Below are positions 60,301 through 64,000 of a stretch of DNA of 64,000 nt, piece by piece. Under the pieces are notes generated by a model. The model was not told where the DNA came from and ran no database searches. It saw nothing but the letters and a program-made list of their open reading frames with translations. A program made the position numbers and the translations under genes. How positions within the stretch are numbered: the stretch's first letter is position 1; each line of letters starts with the position of its first letter. Source of the DNA: Myxococcota bacterium (lineage in GTDB: Bacteria > Myxococcota > JACRCW01); contig JBFMGU010000008.1 of NCBI GenBank assembly GCA_040752415.1, forward strand, positions 24,805 through 88,804, read 5' to 3'.

Positions 60301-63300
60301 TGAGCACCGCTGTGCCGCCGGTCACCAGCACCACGCTGGAGATGTGCAGCGTGTCCAGGTCCACATCCGTGTCATTGCCCAGCACGTCGGCGGCCAGGAT
60401 GGTGACGGAGGTGTCCTCGTTGGTGGAGGTGGTGTCGCCCATGGCCACCGGCGCGTCGTTCACGGCGTTGACGGTGACGGTCACGCGCGCGGTGGACTGG
60501 GAACCCGCGCTGTCCTCCACGGTGTACTGGAAGGTGGAGGAGCCGTTGAAGTCGGCCGCCGGGCTGAAGTGGATGCCGGTGGCGTCCAGCGTCACGGTGG
60601 CGGAGCTGTCGGTCGGGTCGGCCACGGAGACCACGGTCAGGGTGTCCGGATCCACGTTGACGTCGTTGGCCAGCACGGTGGCGGTGGCGACGTCCAGCGT
60701 GGTGTCCTCATCCGTGCTCAGGCCGGTGTCGTCCATGGCCACGGGCGCGTCGTTCACCGGGGCCAGCGTGATGGTCACGGTGGCCTGCGCGGTGCCGCCG
60801 TTCCCGTCGGAGACGGTGTAACGGAAGGTCGCGTCGCCCGCGTAGTTGTCCTCCGGGTCAAAGGTCACCGTGCCCGCGCCGTCCACCGTGACGGTGCCGT
60901 GCGTCAGGGCCTCCACCGCGGAGACCAGCAGCGGGTCGGTGTCGATGTCGCTGTCATTGGCGGTGAGGGAGGCGGAGGAGATGGTGAGGATGTCGTCCTC
61001 GTTGGCGGAGAGCGCGTCGTCGTTGGCCACCGGCGCGTCGTTCACGGAGGTCACGGTCACGGTGACCAGGGCCGGGTTGCTGTTGATGATGCCGTCGGAC
61101 ACCGCGTACTCGAAGCGCGCGGTACCAAAGAAGTTGGCGGCGGGCGTCACGGTGACACTGCCGTCGGCCTCCAGGACCGCCGTGCAGTTGGTGTTGGACA
61201 CGATGGTGGCGATGACGAGGGGGTTGCCGTCGGCGTCGGTGTCGTTGGCCAGCAGCGTGGCCGCGCTCAGGTTGAGCGGCACATCCTCGGCGGTGGTGGC
61301 GACGTCGTCGTTGGCGACCGGCTGGTCATTGATGGGGTTGATGGTGATGTTGACCACGCCGGTGGCCGTACCACCCGCGCCGTCCTCCACGGTGTACTCG
61401 AAGGACGCCGGCCCGTTGTAGGACGCCTCCGGGTCGAACTGGACGCGGCCGTTGGCGCTGAAACCCACCGTGCCGTGCACCGCGTTGCCCACCGCGGTGA
61501 GGGTCAGCGTGTCGCCGTCGACATCGCTGTCGTTGGCAAGCAGCACGGCGGGCTGCAGGAACACGTCGATGTCCTCGTTGGTGACGGCGGCGTCCACCAT
61601 GGCCACCGGGTTGTCGTTGACGGAGTTGATGGCGACGGAGATGGTGGAAGTCACGCTGCCGCCGTTGCCGTCGGAAACCGTCACGGTGATGGTGGCCGGG
61701 TCGTGGGAGTCCTGCGCCGGGGTGTAGGTCAGGGTGTCGCCATCCAGCGTGAAGCTGCCGGCGCTCACCGAGTCCACCGTCAGGCTCAGCGTGTCGCCGT
61801 CCACGTCGGTGTCATTGCTCAGCAGCACCGCCACGCTCAGCACCAGCGGCACGTCCTCGTCGGTGGTGCCGCTGTCGTCGGTGACCACCGGGGCGTCATT
61901 GACGGAGTTGACGGTGACGGTGACCAGGCCCACGTCGGAGGTGTTCTCCGTGTCGGTCACGGTGTACTCGAAGGTGGCGTCGCCGTTGAAGTCCGGCGTG
62001 GGAACGAAGGTGATGGTGCCGTCGATCTCCAGGGTGGCCGTGCCGCCGCCCACCGAGGTCACCGCGGTGACCGTCAGCGCATCGGTGTCGACGTTGATGT
62101 CATTGAGCAGCAGGTCGGCGCCCACCACGATCAGGTTGGTGTCCTCGTCGGTGACGAGCGCGGTGATGTTGGCGGCGCTGTCGTCGGTGGCCACCGGCGC
62201 GTCGTTGACCGCGGCCAGCGTGATGGTCACCAGGCCCACGTCGGTGCTGGTGCCGTCGCTGATGGTGTACTCAAAGGTGGCGTCGCCGTTGTAGTTGAGC
62301 TCCGGCGTGAAGGTGACGGTGGTGCCGTCCGCGGCGAGCTCCACGCTGCCGTGGGTGGCGTTCTCCACCAGCGTGATGGCCAGCGTGTCACCGTCGACCT
62401 CCACGTCATTGCCGGTGAGGTCCGCGGCCTGGAACACCACCGCCACGTCCTCCTGGCCGTCGGCCTTGGTGTCGTCGGTGGCCACGGGCAGGTCATCCAC
62501 CGCGCCCACCGCCACGGTGACGGTGGCCGAGGCGCTCAGGTTGCCGTCGGAGATGGTGTACTCGAAGGTGGCGTCGCCCACGAAGTTGGGATCCGCCACG
62601 AACGTGATGGAGCCGTCGAGCTCCAGCGCGGCCGCGCCGCCGGCGCCGCTCTGCACGCTGCTGATGGTCAGCGTGTCCTGGTCCACGTCGGTGTCGTTGC
62701 CGAGCACGTCGGCGGAGAGGACCACCAGCGTGCCATCCTCGCTCACGCTGAGGCTGTCCGCGTTGGCCACCGGGGCGTCATTGACCGCGTTGACGGTGAT
62801 GGTCACCAGGCCGGTGTCGGTGAGGTTTCCGTCGGAGACGGTGTACTCGAAGGTGGCGGTGCCGTTGAAGTCCTGCGCGAAGGTCACCGTGATGGCGCCG
62901 TTGTCCAGCGTGGCGGTGGCGTCGGTGGCCGTGCCCAGCGCGGTCAGGCTCAGCGTGTCGGCGTCGATGTCGGTGTCATTGGCCAGCAGGTCCGCCGCGT
63001 TGATGGTGAGGGTGTTGTCCTCATCCACCGTGGCCACGTCGTCACCCGCCACCGGCCCGTCATTGGCCGCGCCCACCGTCACGCTCACCAGGCCCTCGTC
63101 GGTGCCGCCGGTGGGGTCGGAGACGGTGTACTCGAAGGTGGCCGTGCCGTTGAAGTCCGCGTTGGGCGTGAAGGTGATGCTGCCGTCCACGTTCAGAACC
63201 ACGCTGCCGTCGGTGGCGTTGCCCACCGCCGTCACGGTGAGCTGCTCGGCGTCGGCGTCGGTGTCATTGGCGGTGAGGTCCGCGCTGCTGAGCGTCAGCG

Positions 63301-63874
63301 GCGTATCCTCGGCGGTGGCCGCGCTGTCGTCGGTGGCCACGGGGGCGTCGCCGGCCGGGCCCACCGTCACGGTGACAAAGCCGGTGTCGGTGCCGCCGTT
63401 GCCGTCGCTCACCACGTACTCGAAGGTGGCGTCGCCGGTGAAATCCGCGTTGGGCGTGAAGCTGATGCTGCCGTCCTGCTCCAGCGTGGCGGTGCTGTTG
63501 GTGGCATTCACCACCGAGTCGATCACCAGGGTGTCGCCGTCGGCGTCGGTGTCATTGCCCAGGAGGTCCGTGACCAAGATGATCTTCAGCTCGTCTTCCA
63601 CGGCGCCCACGGTGTCGTCGTTGGCCACCGGCGCGTCGTTGACGCCGGCCAGGGTGATCACCACCGCCGCGGTGTCCGTGCCGCCGTTTCCGTCGCTGAC
63701 GGTGTACTCGAACGCGGCCGTCCCGGCGATGTCCGCGGCCGGGGTGAAGGTGATGGTGGTGCCATCCTGGGACAGGGTCACCGTGCCGTTGTTGGCCTGG
63801 TTGACCGCGGTGATGGTGAGCGTCTCACCCTCCACGTCGGAGTCATTGGCCAGCAGCGTGGCGGCGCTGATCAC
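48311..63874 (-). CDS. giant adhesin-like protein: cadherin/Ig-like tandem repeats, Cys-rich repeats, GON-like, TSP3 repeats, two C-type lectin domains; 5' part missing
   Basis: 5187-aa frame of ~95-100-aa NDAPVA.DD...ED...L.NDTD.DGD...FTP..NFNG.A.F.YTV.D units; begins mid-repeat without signal peptide, next to an IS end. Confidence 0.88.
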   Translation of the reverse strand: MISAATLLANDSDVEGETLTITAVNQANNGTVTLSQDGTTITFTPAADIAGTAAFEYTVSDGNGGTDTAAVVITLAGVNDAPVANDDTVGAVEDELKIILVTDLLGNDTDADGDTLVIDSVVNATNSTATLEQDGSISFTPNADFTGDATFEYVVSDGNGGTDTGFVTVTVGPAGDAPVATDDSAATAEDTPLTLSSADLTANDTDADAEQLTVTAVGNATDGSVVLNVDGSITFTPNADFNGTATFEYTVSDPTGGTDEGLVSVTVGAANDGPVAGDDVATVDEDNTLTINAADLLANDTDIDADTLSLTALGTATDATATLDNGAITVTFAQDFNGTATFEYTVSDGNLTDTGLVTITVNAVNDAPVANADSLSVSEDGTLVVLSADVLGNDTDVDQDTLTISSVQSGAGGAAALELDGSITFVADPNFVGDATFEYTISDGNLSASATVTVAVGAVDDLPVATDDTKADGQEDVAVVFQAADLTGNDVEVDGDTLAITLVENATHGSVELAADGTTVTFTPELNYNGDATFEYTISDGTSTDVGLVTITLAAVNDAPVATDDSAANITALVTDEDTNLIVVGADLLLNDINVDTDALTVTAVTSVGGGTATLEIDGTITFVPTPDFNGDATFEYTVTDTENTSDVGLVTVTVNSVNDAPVVTDDSGTTDEDVPLVLSVAVLLSNDTDVDGDTLSLTVDSVSAGSFTLDGDTLTYTPAQDSHDPATITVTVSDGNGGSVTSTISVAINSVNDNPVAMVDAAVTNEDIDVFLQPAVLLANDSDVDGDTLTLTAVGNAVHGTVGFSANGRVQFDPEASYNGPASFEYTVEDGAGGTATGVVNITINPINDQPVANDDVATTAEDVPLNLSAATLLANDTDADGNPLVIATIVSNTNCTAVLEADGSVTVTPAANFFGTARFEYAVSDGIINSNPALVTVTVTSVNDAPVANDDALSANEDDILTISSASLTANDSDIDTDPLLVSAVEALTHGTVTVDGAGTVTFDPEDNYAGDATFRYTVSDGNGGTAQATVTITLAPVNDAPVAMDDTGLSTDEDTTLDVATATVLANDVNVDPDTLTVVSVADPTDSSATVTLDATGIHFSPAADFNGSSTFQYTVEDSAGSQSTARVTVTVNAVNDAPVAMGDTTSTNEDTSVTILAADVLGNDTDVDLDTLHISSVVLVTGGTAVLNADESITFNPAPNSVSDGVITYQITDGNLTATADIVVTVVPQNDTPQPQDDAKTTDEDVALTFPANDLLVNDNDIDQGDSLQVIAVQNAGGGNGAAVLNGDGTITFTPNANFFGAGRFQYTVRDTAGATAVAFVDVTINSVNDVPVANDDNFTATEDQPLVIAAATLAGNDTDVENQALTVTAVSSPAQDTGGQPAGTVTLNAGLVTYTPAPNFNGDVIFTYTVRDSVGGTATGTVNVRVNGVNDVPVAAADSLSTNEDTPLTVASTVLSGNDTDADGDTLTVTNVFGASNGSVALAGGDVTFTPNANFNGTASFSYTVADGRGGTANGTVTVAVASQNDAPVATDETRSTSEDVALNLAEANLLANDTDLDGNPLSITSVAMVDPLDGTVTVGSGLVTFTPAANLNGVGAAQFTYVVSDGQGGTDVGTVTVDITPVNDPPVAGTDSFTGLEDTPLNIPVANVLSNDSDVDVGTTLQVTAVSNPVNGSVSLSGGVITFTPNTNYNGPASFRYSLTDGVATVQGDVNLNISFSNSPPVAQNDTVSTNEDVTLTQSTDVLKANDSDSDNNPLTVVAVSNPVNGTVSLAGGSFSFTPSANFFGVAGFDYDLTDGIATVTAHVTVNVTAVNDAPVAVDDSKSTNEDVALTFPATDLSANDTDVDGDPRTVTAVSNPVNGTVSLVAGSITFTPNTNFNGTGSFEYTVSDGQGGTDTGLVTVTVNAVNDAPVAQNDTATTAEETAVEVFVLSNDSDVDTGTTLSVTGTTAPSSGTATFTATSVTYTPAANFVGTVTFSYTITDNHPTNPLTATAQVQVTVTDVNDAPVAANDTFTVAEDETTPANLVVNVLGNDTDADMGPPVNDTLKVVRIVQNGTKGTAAVDGAGVVTYTPSANRNGADTFTYEVKDRNGTGLASSATVTVTITAVNDLVVAVDDSASTSEDTPRTFTIANLVSNDTDADLADTPPQTLTIDSVNTPVNGTVSFDGTSVTFTPASNFNGSASFQYVVSDGNGSTDTGLVSVNVTPVNDAPVAVNLTASGAEGSTLTVDPRGDDASNDRDVDHLFNQLTVVLVSPPAGASVNGSNQIVFTHPNANFNGDVTVSYRLRDPASADSNVATVTFTFTAVNDTPVAVNDTATMNEDGALVIATAVLANDTDADTVYGDTITLNNATALTNGTIFNNAGTLEFRPNANFFGTATFEYTARDSAGAISAPATVTVTVNPVNDAPVAVDDSGTTDEDTQVIIAVSALVSNDTDVDGDTLGVPTVSNPSNGLVSLSSSAATCNPTPAPCVIFQPAPNYSGPAGFDYVVADGRGGTDTGRVSIAVNPVNDTPVANDDGVAPDIITTNEDTPIMLPLAQLVSNDTDADGDSLTVQNVLNDINGHGTVARVNSDGTPNATNGTHVRFTPDSNYDGPALFGYLISDRPTGGLTDQATVFVTVVAVADAPTLTVADASTNEDTPVALNVSMALNDPDGSETLSAVISGIPAGASIAGCSTAGQPAGSCRVDNVVTPALTLTPAPHSDADFALTVTATATEAANGNTANTPRTINVTVTAVADAPTLTVSAASGDEDTDISLDGKIVTALVDMDGSETLDIYISGVPEGASLSAGTDLGFGTYRLTPAQLVGLTYRHQLNAPNPVDDLPVDVTLTVEARATDTGAVTASTLSEPPTGGLDINVLPVNDIPTVTGQTVAVQEDGSILITLDASDVETDVATLSYVIDTAPTSGTLNPPGTGVADRTYTPNANFAGSDSLVFHVVDEAGASSDTAVVTIIVRPTNDAPVANLDTIDVVEDTPRTLADNVFLANDTVAAVPVPADEAGQSLMVLSAGAIPTVTLGSVADGASDITYTPPDPDYTGTDSFAYTAQDNGVTADGTPPDPDNDFRTASGTINVVVRPKNDPPVPSDDVGGAALTTSEEVAKTIPFSVLLANDTVGPANEGSGGEGQTLNITNVSATLRAGPPTPAHPDCAADLASPRCTRNFGSTVVISGSNIIYTPGTNMFGTDSFTYTVCDNGQTWNLGTSSLQADPLCRTATATVTITPVNDPPLAYDDNGAVDPAFVTDEDTPVTVFSVVNDAANNVDDEALTILFLGIVDHGTITQDAMDPNKVVWEPQPDAFNYYGLVTWQYVLQEPSGATDTGAVTLVVNSVNDLPNADNDPATTPEDNSILIDVLANDEDPVEGSALTVVSVTDPDGAGAATTSIESNQVRLTPAPNFIGVYTFSYTMEDADGGSDSATVTVTVTSVNDNPTAFADNLGSIAEDTFITADVVTNDTDVDLANSAPDTDVLTVIGVSNAVGGTPTIQGDNRSITFTAASNFNGIAGYDYTIRDLAGVQSTAHVTIVVTGVQDPVVAVNDGPVNTPEENAITIPVLDNDQDPDLGFGNELGENLRVTAVTQPPPAAGSVTITADEKQVVFTPATNFSGTGVTFTYTVTDIANNSSTATVTVNVTNNNDGPTAVDDATTVAEDSLVFSLNLITNDTDPDLVYGDDLVISALDLTGLSGATVTQSGAETVDITVNANFVGEVTFGYTVEDIIGLTDTGVVTVTVTQVPDDPVAVADGAGGTIHVNEDELVVVDALLNDTDADFAQGDVLSILGFWGVSNATVTTVASGTPGCASLNGCLQVDSDANFAGTITFNYDIIDTIDGIGTAGSTVTVVVDEVNDTPVAQDDATSTNEDTPVTFNVTANDSDVDVLYGDSIRVVAVSASNGSATFTDSDITFTPTLNFNGPTTVGYTIEDERGAQATATLNIFVVPVNDAPVANNDTFNMTEDVQGNGPAALAEVVIDPRGNDSDVDNAVSGAAIVLDTEPNPAHGIVTTTPGGLLFWPAPNFQGSTSFTYHVNDGALDSSVATITVVVANTPDAPVAVDDRFTTPMNTSRTITFAEMLANDSDPDGTSPTIFNFGARVNCTINISAGQIIVNPTTNFVGYATVEYTITDGTYYDQGLIRVAVGSPFPGDGTVDAGEPCDDDNYLANDGCTCVLGGSCTLDAAPAETCADIRAANASAADGTYRLHPQHDPDISYLAYCHNMASTPVEFVTLSQVGWENVSETKADPTFYPGVTVLSRFSKVRINPATLLVDLYDYTYSTTVGQIGGITQNGYSSAGACNWAPEYQGRANVTLTGTNLQINETFHPIGWGPYGSTTPASGPFGQTVDLLGTGNCGGVVPYSYNPSDPTNFYSRALQLGFVCGNGVMDLGEACDDGNFLNDDGCSSLCQIDAGNIFESEDNDDSTVADALGIGALSATASVVVANATAELGGVDWFEFTADKPFNLDVQSFDRSPFLDSCDPQLSPPPGSDATWPPFQYGTDTIVHLYDSFGELISSDDDGIDYCSHLDPANPDMGAFLTNLPAGTYWLLVEEYPFDEEALEFDYRLRVSVTCYDSDGDTICEPVDACPNDPNNDQDGDGVCGDVDNCAVDFNPGQDDNEDDGLGDVCDPDDDNDSVVDGADNCPVDANPFQENNEGDAQGDVCDADDDNDGVADGADNCQFVSNGAQTNTDGDAEGDACDSDDDNDGLSDGSDNCPVIANPGQENNDGDSAGDVCDSDDDNDGVADGTDNCQFVSNSDQTNTDGDGFGDACDSDDDNDGLNDGGDNCPLNANPGQANNDGDAQGDPCDPDDDNDGVMDGADNCQFVSNASQTNTDGDAYGDACECGDGLTEYYEQCDDGDRDSGDGCSSTCTIECVAGAFGAAEAVVGDAGNPDHCYLLMPAASATDDWNVAQADCVAKGNAIGARGHLVTFTGFNEWSNATAGLSNAVTWIGLRNTLPDNYQWVVSTDVYSFAAWAAGEGPGNSGAIPDCIAANASDAWFDQACTGGAALQYICEIEPHDCGDGVQTGDEQCDDGNSDNTDGCTSQCVNGQVCDSGNYPEGAAFSVDPNTGRCYARVDTAANWNDAESGCTFRGGHLTVPTLAAENDLVQSLAGGARAWIGLNDVATEGTWVSTTGEAVTFTDWYPGQPDNFGGAEHCAEILLTAFDPQARWSDRPCSETIAYICEYPVFD

Positions 63875-64000
63875 TGCGCATTCCGGCGAAGCCGGACACC
63901 CGTTCCACGCATGCCGGACACCTGAGGGCCGCGCCCGCGGGGCCTGATGTCACTTCCCAGACTCCGGGGACGGGGTCAACGGGCCTCGCCCACGGGTCTT
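63875..64000. mobile_element. terminus of an IS21-family insertion sequence (partial)
   Basis: TGCGCATTCCGGCGAAGCCGGACACCCGTTCCACGCATGCCGGACACC: 5'-TG end with GCCGGACACC twice (63891, 63913); minus frame KTRGRGPLTPSPESGK-stop (64000..63950) could be an IstB C-terminus. Confidence 0.72.

Noticed and set aside
48053..63925. 5290-aa plus-strand ORF
   Set aside because: Antisense shadow of the adhesin; stop-free because of GC-rich codon bias, with a V/G/R/H-rich non-protein-like composition

Overview
A 64 kb, very GC-rich bacterial window whose gene content (Cys-rich repeat lipoproteins, eukaryote-like Ser/Thr kinase, multiheme cytochrome, giant Ig/cadherin-like protein) suggests a Myxococcota-type genome; this is an inference. 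It holds about 45 probable genes. Housekeeping genes (uvsE, yjjX, a transsulfuration PLP enzyme, adenosine deaminase, a MacAB/FtsX-type ABC exporter) are mixed with accessory loci. The main points of interest are: (1) a Gly-rich, Cys-free protein with a (Gly-X-Y)17 collagen-like tract and a type III secretion filament-like C-terminus, followed by translationally coupled GNAT, diiron oxygenase and TauD-type dioxygenase genes, a candidate protein-modification system; (2) a kinase + SelO/YdiU-like + nucleotidyltransferase + ParB-like fusion inside a cluster of radical SAM, glycosyltransferase, TauD, methyltransferase and amidase genes; (3) a VapBC module flanked by ~90-bp direct repeats that duplicate the start of a kinase gene; (4) a 30-bp perfect inverted repeat element; (5) a >5000-aa adhesin gene whose 5' part appears cut by an IS21-family end at the window edge. 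No rRNA, tRNA or CRISPR array was recognised. All family calls come from motif recognition by eye, not from database searches.
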